From positions 960,001 to 1,024,000 of the forward strand of contig OY761614.1 of the NCBI GenBank assembly GCA_963664825.1: a stretch of 64,000 nucleotides of DNA, in the 5' to 3' direction. This document shows, piece after piece, positions 20,348 to 30,239 of the stretch. Each line of letters opens with the position of its first letter. Positions within the stretch are counted from its first letter, which is position 1. Source of the stretch: an uncultured Holophaga sp. GTDB lineage: Bacteria > Acidobacteriota > Holophagae > Holophagales > Holophagaceae. Made by a program: the position numbers and the translations under genes. Below the pieces are notes generated by a model. That model was not told the origin of the DNA. It was given only the letters and a program-made list of their open reading frames with translations, and did not search any database.

Positions 20348-22311
20348 CGCAGGACCTCCGCGGAGCCCGTGCCAGGGGCGCCTCCGCTGGTGTTGGGGCT
20401 GGAACCTCCCTCAAGCTTGGCGCGCAGGTAATCGGCGACGTCCTTGGCCGGAGCCTTGCCCAGGAGTTGTTCCATGGCGCGCCCGGCCAGAAAGCGCAGG
20501 CGCTTTTCCTGGGTATCCACCTTCTCGCCCTGGTAGCCCTCCATGGTGAGGCGGTCCACCTGTTCCTTCCACCTTTCCCGGGGCTGGATCGCCACGCCTT
20601 CGGCGCTGGCGGCCGCTTCCGCGGAAAGGCCATCCTCGGCCACACGGGCCGCCACGATGGAGATGGTCTCCCGGGGGATGAGCCCCCCTGTGAAGAGATC
20701 AAAAATTTGCACCCATTCGGAAACGCCCAGGCGTTCCACGGGGATGCCCGCCCGCTTGAGGGCCTTGCTGTGCTGGCCGATCTCGATGGCCGCCAGCAAC
20801 CCGTCCACGCCGGTCTTCTCGATGACCGCATCGAGGATCTCCGCCCCGCCCCGGCGAATGAGATACTGGCAGGTTTCCTCGGGCACGCGCCAGGACATGT
20901 AGCGCTCGATGCGCTTCCAGGGCACGGGTCGCAGGCGGGCCCGCAGACCCTCCACGCGGTCGTTGGTGACGCGGGTGGGCGGCGAATCCGTATCGGGATA
21001 CATGCGATCGGGACCGGGCAGGATGCGTTCGAAGGTGGTGAAGCCACCCGTCACCGCCTGGCGCGTCTCCTGGGGCACGCCCTGGGTGGCGTCGGCAAAG
21101 CGCAGGCGGATCTCTTCTGCGGCCGTGCGGCAGTCGTCCTCGGGGCCGAAGACGAGGAAGAAGTCGTCCCTTTCCCCCACCCGGGCCCGCTTGCGCAGGC
21201 GTTCGAGCACCCTGTGCTTATCGGGGAATTCCGGTAGCAGGGCACCACTCAGCACGATGGGCGCCTCGTCCAGGCACGCGATGACGCGGATGCGGCCGGA
21301 GAGTTCGTCCAGGAAGGTGGTATCGGGCTGGGTGGGATACTGGGCCAGGCCCGCCACACCCTCCACCTTCACGGCAAAGACCTTCCCGCCCACCTTGAGG
21401 GCCCGGCGCAGGAAGCCCAGATCCACCTCGGCGCAGATATCCGAGACATCGAAGGGCTGGACATGGATGGATTCACGGGTGCTGAGGCCCCTCGCATGGA
21501 GCTCGTCCCGCAGCTTCAACAGATTGCACTGGCGGACGCCTTCGTTGTGGACCAGCTTCACGGCGTAGCCCGCCCGGGGCACGCCCTTGATCTCGCAGCG
21601 ATTGCCACCCCGCACGCTGACATTCACGTCCTGGCGGCTGGCGCCGATCCCGGTGCGCACGCGCTGGGTGGAACGGGCGGTCATGCCGCAGAGGATGATG
21701 GCGTCCCGCACTTCCTGGGGCGAGCGCAGCTCGGGACCGGTCACGGTCTCCGTGAGCGGCATGCCCAGGCGATCCGTGCGCCACACGATCTGGTGGCCCT
21801 TGTCGCGCACCTCCCGGCAGGAATCCTCCTCCAGGCTCACATGGGTGATGGTGAGATCGCGGCCGTGGAAGGGCAGCTTCCCGTTCATGCCGATGATGGC
21901 CGTGCGCTGGAAGCCCGTGGGGATGGAACCATCCAGGTACTGCTTCCGGGCGATATGGATCTCGTCGATGATGTCCATGCCCATCATCAGGCAGAGCTCG
22001 ATGGAGGCGTCGATGGCCTCCTGGTTCACGAGGAAGGGCGGCGTGTCGTCCATCTCGTAGGTGCAGACGTTCTGGTGGTTCAGGAGGTAGATGATCTCCT
22101 TCTTCGTCTTGAATTCCATGAGGGCGGTGCCATCGTACTCCCCCAGTTCCGAGAGGGTCGGTCTCATGTGGCGCAGCACTTCCCCATCGTGGGTCTCGGT
22201 GTAAAGCCCTGCCGGGCAGCGGCAGAACAGCTTGTGCTTGGTCAGCAACTGCTGATGCACCTCCAACCCAGAGATGAGTCCTACGGCTTCGTAATCCAGA
22301 CGCTCAAGCAT
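20344..22311 (-). CDS. gatE: Glu-tRNA(Gln) amidotransferase subunit E (archaeal type)
   Basis: GLEVHQQL, RPTLSELGEYD, RKQYLDGSIPTGFQRT, LEEDS, DRLGMPL, GIGASRQDVNVS, a central insertion domain and PGPDRMYPDTD. The start may be slightly upstream. Confidence 0.92.
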   Translation of the reverse strand: MLERLDYEAVGLISGLEVHQQLLTKHKLFCRCPAGLYTETHDGEVLRHMRPTLSELGEYDGTALMEFKTKKEIIYLLNHQNVCTYEMDDTPPFLVNQEAIDASIELCLMMGMDIIDEIHIARKQYLDGSIPTGFQRTAIIGMNGKLPFHGRDLTITHVSLEEDSCREVRDKGHQIVWRTDRLGMPLTETVTGPELRSPQEVRDAIILCGMTARSTQRVRTGIGASRQDVNVSVRGGNRCEIKGVPRAGYAVKLVHNEGVRQCNLLKLRDELHARGLSTRESIHVQPFDVSDICAEVDLGFLRRALKVGGKVFAVKVEGVAGLAQYPTQPDTTFLDELSGRIRVIACLDEAPIVLSGALLPEFPDKHRVLERLRKRARVGERDDFFLVFGPEDDCRTAAEEIRLRFADATQGVPQETRQAVTGGFTTFERILPGPDRMYPDTDSPPTRVTNDRVEGLRARLRPVPWKRIERYMSWRVPEETCQYLIRRGGAEILDAVIEKTGVDGLLAAIEIGQHSKALKRAGIPVERLGVSEWVQIFDLFTGGLIPRETISIVAARVAEDGLSAEAAASAEGVAIQPRERWKEQVDRLTMEGYQGEKVDTQEKRLRFLAGRAMEQLLGKAPAKDVADYLRAKLEGGSSPNTSGGAPGTGSAEVLR

Positions 22312-22430
22312 CGGAATCCTTCCGGTAATGGGTACACTCACGGAAGGGTCCCGCCTTCGGGGACCCATCGTCAAGCCGCAAAATCTTCTGAAATCGAGGA
22401 ATGACGGGCGTCACAGCCTCTGGACGACAA

Positions 22431-22465
22431 AAGACCGCCCGGCCTCCGAAAAGACCGGGCGGTTT
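22431..22465 (-). terminator. Terminator after pepD
   Basis: ACCGCCCGG...CCGGGCGGT stem, followed by a U-run on the minus strand. Confidence 0.65.
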
Positions 22466-22488
22466 CTATTGACGCTGGCAATCTCGGT

Positions 22489-23937
22489 TCAGGCCTTTTC
22501 CAGCACGGCCGTCACCAGTTTCCAGCAGTTGCTCACGGACGGGATGCTCAAGTGCTCGTCGGGGGTGTGCACATCCCACATATCGGGGCCGATGGAGACC
22601 ATCTCCATCTCGGGATATTTCTCGCCGATGAGGCCGCACTCCAGGCCCGCATGGATGGCCACCACCTTCATGGGCTGGCCGAAGAGCTGCTTCTGCAGGC
22701 CGTCCACGAGCTTCACCAGGGAAGCATTGGGCTCGGGCTTCCAGCCGGGATAACCGCCCACCAGATGGGACTCGAAGCCCGCCATGGCGCAAACCGCGGC
22801 GATGCGGTGGGTCAGGGCGAACTTGGAGGCATCGATGGAGCTGCGGGAGAGGAGATTGATCTCGATCTTGCCATCCTTGGTATCGATGACGCCCAGGTTG
22901 GTGGAAGTCTGGACCAGGCCCTGGATATCGGGGCTCATGGCCTCGACGCCGTGGGGCAGGCAAAGGATCAGGCTGATGACGGAGACCGCGTCGTGATCGG
23001 ACATGACCTGGCCCGCCACGCCGGCTTCCAGGCTCATGACCAGCCCGGGATCGAAGGCGCCGAAGGCGGCCTTCCAATCGGCTTCCTGCTTGGCCAACTC
23101 GGCCTTGAAGGCCGCTTCCTGGGCAGGCGCCAGATAGAGATAGGCGGAAGCCTCTCGGGGAATGGCGTTGCGCTTATTGCCGCCCTTGATCGCGGAGAGC
23201 TCGAAGGCGAAGTCCGGCCGCAGGGCATAGAGCACCTGGCCCAGGATGCGGATGGCATTGCCGCGGCCGGCGGGGATATCGATGCCGGAATGGCCGCCCT
23301 TGAGGCCCGAGATCTTCAGGCGGAAGGGCTTCTTGGCTGCGGGAGGCGCGCTCAGGGTGAGCTGGCGGGTCGTGATGGTATCGACGCCCCCGGCGCATCC
23401 GATGGTGAGAAATCCCTCTTCCTCGCTATCGAGATTGAGGAGGTACTTGGACTTCAGCCAGTTGGCCTGGATGTTGGTGGCGCCCGTGAGACCCGTCTCC
23501 TCGTCGATGGTGACCAGCAGCTCCACGGGACCATGGGCGATGTCCTTGCTGGCCATCACCGCCAAGCCCATCGCGACTCCGATGCCGTTATCGGCGCCCA
23601 GGGTCGTGCCCGTGGCCCGGAGGTTATCGCCATCCCGGCGCAGCCGGATGGGATCCTTGAGGAAGTCGTGCTGGGTGTCCTCGTTCTTCTCGCAGACCAT
23701 GTCCACATGGGCCTGGAGACAGACGCCGGGGCGGTTCTCCTTGCCCTTGGTGCCGGGCTTGCGGATGAGCACGTTGCCGATGGCGTCCCGGGAGACATCC
23801 AGGCCCAACGCGCGGCCCTGGTCGGCCACCCAGTTCGCAGCCTCGGCTTCCAGCTTGGATCCCCGGGGGATCTTGGAGAGTTCGAAGAAATAGTTCCAGA
23901 GCGGATTGGGCTCTAGGGTTGCGAGAAGCTTATCCAC
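22489..23937 (-). CDS. pepD: Aminoacyl-histidine dipeptidase (M20)
   Basis: LQAHVDMV, TTLGADNGIG, DEETG, NLDSEE, GGHSG, IHAGLECG and HTPDE motifs. GTG start after GGAGG. Confidence 0.93.
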   Translation of the reverse strand: MDKLLATLEPNPLWNYFFELSKIPRGSKLEAEAANWVADQGRALGLDVSRDAIGNVLIRKPGTKGKENRPGVCLQAHVDMVCEKNEDTQHDFLKDPIRLRRDGDNLRATGTTLGADNGIGVAMGLAVMASKDIAHGPVELLVTIDEETGLTGATNIQANWLKSKYLLNLDSEEEGFLTIGCAGGVDTITTRQLTLSAPPAAKKPFRLKISGLKGGHSGIDIPAGRGNAIRILGQVLYALRPDFAFELSAIKGGNKRNAIPREASAYLYLAPAQEAAFKAELAKQEADWKAAFGAFDPGLVMSLEAGVAGQVMSDHDAVSVISLILCLPHGVEAMSPDIQGLVQTSTNLGVIDTKDGKIEINLLSRSSIDASKFALTHRIAAVCAMAGFESHLVGGYPGWKPEPNASLVKLVDGLQKQLFGQPMKVVAIHAGLECGLIGEKYPEMEMVSIGPDMWDVHTPDEHLSIPSVSNCWKLVTAVLEKA

Positions 23938-24083
23938 GACAGACCTCCAGAAAGGGAAACTTGGAACCATCGGATTTCTGTGGACCCCGAGGCCACGCCC
24001 CTGAGCCCTCATGGCACGAGGGTACCAGGAACGGGCTCCCGGGGGGCCTCATCCCCTGATATTCATCTCAGCCATATGCGCCA

Positions 24084-24112
24084 AAGGGGGGAGGCGCATG
24101 GCCTCCCCCCTT
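24084..24112 (-). terminator. Terminator after the outer-membrane protein gene
   Basis: AAGGGGGGAGGC-GCATG-GCCTCCCCCCTT. Confidence 0.7.
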
Positions 24113-24129
24113 GCATTCGCGTGGTGAGG

Positions 24130-25083
24130 CTAGAAGGTGAAACTCAGACCGGCTGTGACCCCGTTCAGAGAACCCCAGCCGCGGTTGGGCTCAGCATTGT
24201 AGACGGCCAGCATGGGCTGCTGCGAATCGGCCGTCACCTTGCCGAAATCGCGCATCTCGCAGCCCAGATAGCCGCTGAGCTGCTTGGTGAAGGCCATGTT
24301 CAGGCGCACCCGGTAATCCAGCTGCTGGAAGGAACGATGGTTGCCCTTGTTGGTGATCATCCGCCAGCCGTCATCTCCGTTGCCCATCTGGAAGACGCCC
24401 CGGATATCCCCCTGGAGCATGGCGCAGGTGACGCCCGCACTGAGCCAGAGGCTCTTGGTGAGCTCGTAGCGGGTGTTCAGGCCGAAGGTGAAGCCGTAGG
24501 CCGCGGTCTTGGCCTTGTTGAAGAATTGCTCACTGTTGGTGCCATCGGGCAGGGCATCGATCACGCTCCCCGTGCTTGCCGTCCAGGAACCGTAGCGAAG
24601 GCCGAGCTCGTAGCCGAAGGAGGCCGAGCCCACGGTGGCCAGGGGACGCATCCACTTGAGATCCAGGACCACGGCCTCCAGCTTGCTCTGGCCATCGATG
24701 CGATCGGCCGAACCGCCGGGGCCGAAGCTTCCCCAGACCAGGTTAGGCCCCACTTCGGTCTGCCGCGTCGTCTTGGAGGTACTCATGTAGTCCAGGACGA
24801 AGCTGTTGTCCCCGAGCTTCAGGCCGAGGTTGATCCCGAGAGGCGTGTGGGAGCCGGCCTTGAAGTTGATATCCTCCACTACACGGGTCGAGACCGAAGC
24901 GAATTTGGCCCCCGCGGCCTTCTCCACACCCTTGGGGTTCACCCCCGCCCCACGCATGGCCAGGCTCCGATCGGTCCCCTGGACGGTGGCATAACCGGTG
25001 TTGATTCCAAAAGTGAACTCCTGAGCCTGGACGCTGCAGGCCGCAAGGGCGAGGGCCAGGGTGGTAAAAACTGAGGTCTTCAT
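24130..25083 (-). CDS. Outer-membrane beta-barrel protein (porin-like)
   Basis: Signal peptide MKTSVFTTLALALAACSVQA, beta-strand pattern and C-terminal GLSFTF. Confidence 0.7.
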   Translation of the reverse strand: MKTSVFTTLALALAACSVQAQEFTFGINTGYATVQGTDRSLAMRGAGVNPKGVEKAAGAKFASVSTRVVEDINFKAGSHTPLGINLGLKLGDNSFVLDYMSTSKTTRQTEVGPNLVWGSFGPGGSADRIDGQSKLEAVVLDLKWMRPLATVGSASFGYELGLRYGSWTASTGSVIDALPDGTNSEQFFNKAKTAAYGFTFGLNTRYELTKSLWLSAGVTCAMLQGDIRGVFQMGNGDDGWRMITNKGNHRSFQQLDYRVRLNMAFTKQLSGYLGCEMRDFGKVTADSQQPMLAVYNAEPNRGWGSLNGVTAGLSFTF

Positions 25084-25279
25084 GATCATCTCCAAAGGGA
25101 AGGTGGGAGCGCTTGACGCGCTCCGCTTCAGGCGGCCCCACCTGGGCCGTCCTATCAGCGTGGCAAGGGAAGGCATTCCCGTCTGTCCGGGAAAAGTACG
25201 TACACCGCCCCTCGGAGTTCCGGCTGATCGGCGAGAAGTCCCTCGGCCGCCCCCGGCGTTTGGGGCACACTGGAGGGCT

Positions 25280-28200
25280 ATGGAAACCCGTGACCGCGCC
25301 GCGCTGAACGATCTCCTGCGCCTGTTGGACGGCCCCGCGAAGGCCCTTGCCCTCGAGGGGGCGCGCCTGCGATGGACCGCCGTGCCAGGCCTGGCGCTGC
25401 TCCTGGCGCGCTGGGCCCGGGAGGGAGGGCGCGTCCAGACCCTATGGGTGGACGCCCCCACGGAGCTGGAAGCCCAGACCCTGGCCCATGATCTGGCCGT
25501 GCTGCTGCCCGAGGCCGGCGTGGCCTACTTCCCGGGCTTTGCACCCTTCGCCGGAGGGGAATCGAGCCCTCCGGGCATGGTGCTCCGGGAACGCCTTTCC
25601 ACCCTGGTGGGCCTCCTGGAGCGCCGTATCCAGATACTCGTCGCCACTCCGCTAGCGGCCCTTGAGCGCCTGCCCCATCCCACCTGGTTCGCCAAGCAGA
25701 CCCTTCAGCTGCAGAAGGGCGCCGAAGTACCCCGAGAGCTGCTGCTGGAAACGCTCGTGGCCTTGGGCTACCGGCGCACGGATCTGGCCTCGGAGCCCGG
25801 GGAATTCAGCGCCCGGGGCCTGGTGGTGGATCTCTGGCCCGATCATCTGGAGACGCCGCTGCGCATGGAATTCTTCGGCGATGAGCTGGAGCAGCTCTCC
25901 CCCTTCGACCCCGATACCCAGCGGCGCACGGGGGATTCCCTGGAGTCCCTCACCCTCTACCCCCGCTTCGAGGGCGCCAAGGGGGATGGCGCGCCCATGA
26001 TGGCGGCCCTGGAATCCCGGGCCGACAGGACCCTGGAGCCCGCGGAGGACCTGGGGTTCCGCCGGAGCCGCCTGGCCACCCAGGGCCACTTCCCCGGCGA
26101 AGAGCTGTTCTATCCCATGCTGGACCAGCCCAAGGGCCAGCTCACACACTGGGTGCCCCCCTGCCTGCGGGTGAGGCTCGAACCCGAATGGGCCGCCGCG
26201 CTGAAAGAAACCGAGAAGAATCGCATCGATGCGAGCCTGGCCGTGCTCCGGCGGGGAGGCGTGGTCTGCCCCGACTTCGAGGACCGCTACCTGGATGCCG
26301 ATCCCAGCCGCCCCACGCTGCTCCTCACGGAATGGCAGGCGGAGGCGAGCCTAGCCGATGCAGACCAGGATGGACCCCGCAGCGAGTCGGGGCAGAGCCC
26401 CACCTCGCTGCCCCCGATCCAACGGATGACCATTCCCTTCAAGGCCCTGAAGGCCCGGGAATTCCAGGGCCGCCTGGGAGAACTCCACACCTATCTCCGG
26501 GAGCTCACCGACACCGGCACCCGCGTCTTCCTGGCGGGTTCCACCGCGGGCATGCGGGATCGCCTGAGCGAAATCATCTCCGAATACGAACTCCCCCTCT
26601 CCCAGGGCACCGAAGCAGGATGCCGCGCCATCCTCCTGCCCTTGAGCGCCGGTGTGATGATCAAGGAAGGGGGCCAAACGCTATTGGAGGCCCTCCCGGG
26701 CGCTTCCCCCTTGAATATCTTGAATGTCCTGCTTCTCACGGAGCGGGAGGTCTTCGGCCGCAAGGCCATCCAGGCCAAGCCCCAGAAGAGCCGCACGGCG
26801 GCCTTCCTCTCGGACCTGAAGGATCTGAAGCCGGGGGATCGCGTGGTCCACATGGACCATGGCATCGGGGAATTCCTCGGCCTCGGCACCCTCATCGCAG
26901 GAGGGGAGGAACACGAGGTCGTGGAACTCCGCTACGCCGACGGGGGCCGGGTGGACGTGAGCCTGGAGCGGGCCGATCTCATCCAGCGCTACGTCTCTCC
27001 GGATGGCACCCAGCCTCCCCTGGATAAGCTGGGCGGCGCCAGCTGGGCCAGGATCAAGCGGAGGGCCAAGAAGGCCATCCGGGATATGGCCGAAGAGCTG
27101 CTGAAACTCTACGCCAAGCGCAAGCTGGAGAAGGGCCACGCCTACGCCCCGGACGGCCCGGAGATGGCGGAATTCGAGGCCACCTTCCCCTTCGAACCGA
27201 CCCCGGATCAGATCGAGGCCATCCAGGCCATCAAGGCCGATCTCGAATCGGACAAGCCCATGGACCGCCTGCTGGTGGGGGACGTAGGCTACGGCAAGAC
27301 CGAAGTGGCCATGCGCGCCGCGGCCAAGGCCGCCCTGGACGGCAAGCAGGTGGCCATTCTGTGCCCCACGACCGTGCTCTGCTTCCAGCACTTCAGGACC
27401 TTCAAGGAACGCTTCGCGGGCTTCCCCCTGCGCATCGAGATGATCAACCGCTTCGTGGATCCCAAGGAGGCCAAGCAGATCCTGAAGGATGTGGCCGATG
27501 GCCGAGTGGAGATCCTCATCGGCACCCACCAGCTCCTGGGGGCCCGGACGAAGTTCCACGATCTGGGCCTGGTGGTCATCGACGAGGAGCAGCGCTTCGG
27601 CGTGGGCCACAAGGAGAAGCTCAAAAAATTCCGCGCCAATGTGGAAGTGCTGGCCATGAGCGCCACGCCCATCCCCCGCACCCTCCACATGAGCCTCACG
27701 GGCCTGCGGGAGATCTCCCTCATCGAGACGCCCCCCAAGAATCGTCTCGCCATCGAGACGGTGGTGGCCCCCTGGTCCGACGAACTCATCGCCACGGCCA
27801 TCCAGTTCGAACTGCGCCGGGGAGGCCAGGTCTATTTCCTCCACAACCGCGTGGAATCCATCGTCAGCATCGCCGAGCATATCCGCACCCTGGTGCCCGA
27901 CGCCCGGGTGGGCGTGGGCCACGCCCAGCTCACGGACGAGGCCCTGGAAAACGTGATGCTGGGCTTCATGGAGGGCCGCATCGATGTGCTGGTTTCGACA
28001 ACCATTGTAGAAAACGGCCTGGACGTGCCCAACGCCAATACGCTCATCGTCCACCGGGCCGACAAGTTCGGCCTCAGCCAGCTCTACCAGCTCCGGGGGC
28101 GGGTGGGCCGCAGCGATGTGCCCGCCTACGCCTACCTGCTGATCCCGGGGAAAAATGAGATCAGCGAGGACGCCCGCAAACGCCTCCAGGCCCTTGAAGA

Positions 28201-28816
28201 CTTTTCGGAACTCGGTTCGGGCTTCCGCGTGGCGGCCATGGACCTGGAACTGCGAGGGGCAGGCAACCTGCTGGGGGGCGAACAGTCCGGCCACATCCAC
28301 GACATCGGCTTCGAGCTCTACATCAAGCTGCTGGAGGAGACCCTCCAGGAACTCCAGGGCCAGCCCTCCGGCACCTTCGAGGTGAAGATCGAGCTGGGCC
28401 AGGCCCAGCTGGGGCGCCGCTGGATCGATATGGCCGCCGAGCGCCTAGTGGCCTACAAACGCGCCTCGCGCCTCAAGACTGAGCGGGATCTGGAACTCTA
28501 CCGGCTGGAACTGGAGGACCGCTTCGGCCAGGTGCCCCAGGACGATGAGGACAGCGCCCGCTTCTTCGAGCTGCTCAAGGTGAAGCTCCGGGCCCAGGCC
28601 ATCGCCGTAAACGAGGTATCCCTCGACAAGGGCCGCCTCAAGCTGCGGGTCAGCCCCCAGACCTCGGTGGATTCAGCCAAGCTCCTGGACTGGATCGGCG
28701 CCCAGAAGGGCGCCCAGTTCGCCCCCGATGGCTCCGTGTTCCTACCCGTCCAGGGCCACGAACTGGGTGCAATCCACCAGGCCCAGCGCGTGCTGGAGGA
28801 ATGGGCGAAGCTGTAA
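25280..28816 (+). CDS. mfd: Transcription-repair coupling factor
   Basis: UvrB-like N-terminus, VVHMDHGIG, GDVGYGKTEVA, DEEQRFG, SATPIPRT, QLRGRVGR and DLELRGAG. Confidence 0.97.
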   Translation: METRDRAALNDLLRLLDGPAKALALEGARLRWTAVPGLALLLARWAREGGRVQTLWVDAPTELEAQTLAHDLAVLLPEAGVAYFPGFAPFAGGESSPPGMVLRERLSTLVGLLERRIQILVATPLAALERLPHPTWFAKQTLQLQKGAEVPRELLLETLVALGYRRTDLASEPGEFSARGLVVDLWPDHLETPLRMEFFGDELEQLSPFDPDTQRRTGDSLESLTLYPRFEGAKGDGAPMMAALESRADRTLEPAEDLGFRRSRLATQGHFPGEELFYPMLDQPKGQLTHWVPPCLRVRLEPEWAAALKETEKNRIDASLAVLRRGGVVCPDFEDRYLDADPSRPTLLLTEWQAEASLADADQDGPRSESGQSPTSLPPIQRMTIPFKALKAREFQGRLGELHTYLRELTDTGTRVFLAGSTAGMRDRLSEIISEYELPLSQGTEAGCRAILLPLSAGVMIKEGGQTLLEALPGASPLNILNVLLLTEREVFGRKAIQAKPQKSRTAAFLSDLKDLKPGDRVVHMDHGIGEFLGLGTLIAGGEEHEVVELRYADGGRVDVSLERADLIQRYVSPDGTQPPLDKLGGASWARIKRRAKKAIRDMAEELLKLYAKRKLEKGHAYAPDGPEMAEFEATFPFEPTPDQIEAIQAIKADLESDKPMDRLLVGDVGYGKTEVAMRAAAKAALDGKQVAILCPTTVLCFQHFRTFKERFAGFPLRIEMINRFVDPKEAKQILKDVADGRVEILIGTHQLLGARTKFHDLGLVVIDEEQRFGVGHKEKLKKFRANVEVLAMSATPIPRTLHMSLTGLREISLIETPPKNRLAIETVVAPWSDELIATAIQFELRRGGQVYFLHNRVESIVSIAEHIRTLVPDARVGVGHAQLTDEALENVMLGFMEGRIDVLVSTTIVENGLDVPNANTLIVHRADKFGLSQLYQLRGRVGRSDVPAYAYLLIPGKNEISEDARKRLQALEDFSELGSGFRVAAMDLELRGAGNLLGGEQSGHIHDIGFELYIKLLEETLQELQGQPSGTFEVKIELGQAQLGRRWIDMAAERLVAYKRASRLKTERDLELYRLELEDRFGQVPQDDEDSARFFELLKVKLRAQAIAVNEVSLDKGRLKLRVSPQTSVDSAKLLDWIGAQKGAQFAPDGSVFLPVQGHELGAIHQAQRVLEEWAKL

Positions 28817-28855
28817 ATCGTGATCACGAAATGACAATGCGATTAGGGCCGGCCC

Positions 28856-29986
28856 CTACTGGACTCCAGCCGCTTCAGCGGTTTCAGGTTTCGGTGGCGC
28901 CACCAGCAGGGTCGACGGCTGGGGTTTCCCATCGATTCCCATGAGAAAGCGGAATCCCGACAGGAGTTCAGGCTTCAGCAATCGGCTCGGCAAGCCCTCT
29001 GGCGTGGCGACCGGATGGAAGGTGCCTCCATCGGGCCGGAACTCCCACCACAGGACATCCGGATAGGCATCCAGGCTCCGCTGATGGGTCGCGTAGTTTC
29101 CCACCTGCCACGCCGAGACGGTTGCGCCCAGTCCCGAGGTCGGATGGACTTTGCGGGAGAAGAGCACGGCGTCCATGCTCCGGCTGGCCAGCAGCAACTG
29201 GCCATCGGGACACGGCTGGACACCCAGCACCGCGAATTCATCCTCGGAGCTCAGATCGGCGATATCGCGGCCAAACAAGGTGCATACCCTCTCTAGGTTA
29301 CCGCGTTCGGCATTGAAGACCAGGAGCAGGCCATGCCATCCGTCCACGGCCACCACGCGGCCCTCTGTGTGGACAAAGCGGGTCCAGATGCCGAGGGAGT
29401 CCATCGCGGCAAAGGGTTTCCGGAGGGACCATCTCTGGGTTCCAGGAATGGGCTGCCACATCGGAATGCCGAGATCGATGGATTCTTCGAGGGTGACCTC
29501 GCCATCTCCATGGATGTTGGCAATCGCAAAATAGGAAGGTCGGCGGTCGATAACGAATGGATCGGCAAACCCGGCCAGGAGCAGCTTGCCGTTGGCAAGC
29601 AGGCGGAAATCCAGCACCGAGCCCTGCTTCCGGAGTTTCCCCAAGAGTTCCCAATGGTGCCCATCCGGACTCCGATAAAAGCCGTAGCTCCGATCGGCCT
29701 TGTCGTAGCGCCCGCCGAAGAAATACCCCTGGGCTGCGTACCGTGGGGCGATCCCTCCAGGCAGCGGGATGACTTGCGGCCCAGGATCCGCGCGCTTGTG
29801 CCTGAGGTCCTTCGGCAGAGGCTGGAGCACCTCGAAACTCCTAGGGTTCGTGTCCGGCCGAACGCTGACCAGCCTCCCCTCATCCCAGCATTGGCGCGGG
29901 GATGGGGCAGGAATCTGCTGCGCGCGCAGAGCCCCAAGACTCAAGAACAGGCAGGCCGCGCAGAACATCCTTGAGCATTCGCGCAT
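28856..29986 (-). CDS. Hypothetical exported protein (possibly beta-propeller)
   Basis: Signal-like N-terminus and a BNR-like YRSPDGHHW. The start is uncertain. Confidence 0.6.
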   Translation of the reverse strand: MRECSRMFCAACLFLSLGALRAQQIPAPSPRQCWDEGRLVSVRPDTNPRSFEVLQPLPKDLRHKRADPGPQVIPLPGGIAPRYAAQGYFFGGRYDKADRSYGFYRSPDGHHWELLGKLRKQGSVLDFRLLANGKLLLAGFADPFVIDRRPSYFAIANIHGDGEVTLEESIDLGIPMWQPIPGTQRWSLRKPFAAMDSLGIWTRFVHTEGRVVAVDGWHGLLLVFNAERGNLERVCTLFGRDIADLSSEDEFAVLGVQPCPDGQLLLASRSMDAVLFSRKVHPTSGLGATVSAWQVGNYATHQRSLDAYPDVLWWEFRPDGGTFHPVATPEGLPSRLLKPELLSGFRFLMGIDGKPQPSTLLVAPPKPETAEAAGVQ

Positions 29987-30239
29987 CGGGGACCCCGGAG
30001 GAAAAGTGCTGTGTGCAGGCAAGGCTAGCCGCATATTCGTCGGCAGGCCCCTGGACGTGATCTTCATGACGCGCTGGTTGATTGTTTATAAAATCCTGTC
30101 CCCCACCTAGGCACATGTCAAAGGGTAAACAGGCGGTGCCCGGGTTCATTGCCAGGCGCGGAAAGGCCTGGCAAGGCCCTTTCCCTGTTTGATCCTCGCG
30201 TTACGAGGGCTATCCTGGAGCCCGTATCAAGGAGTCCCC

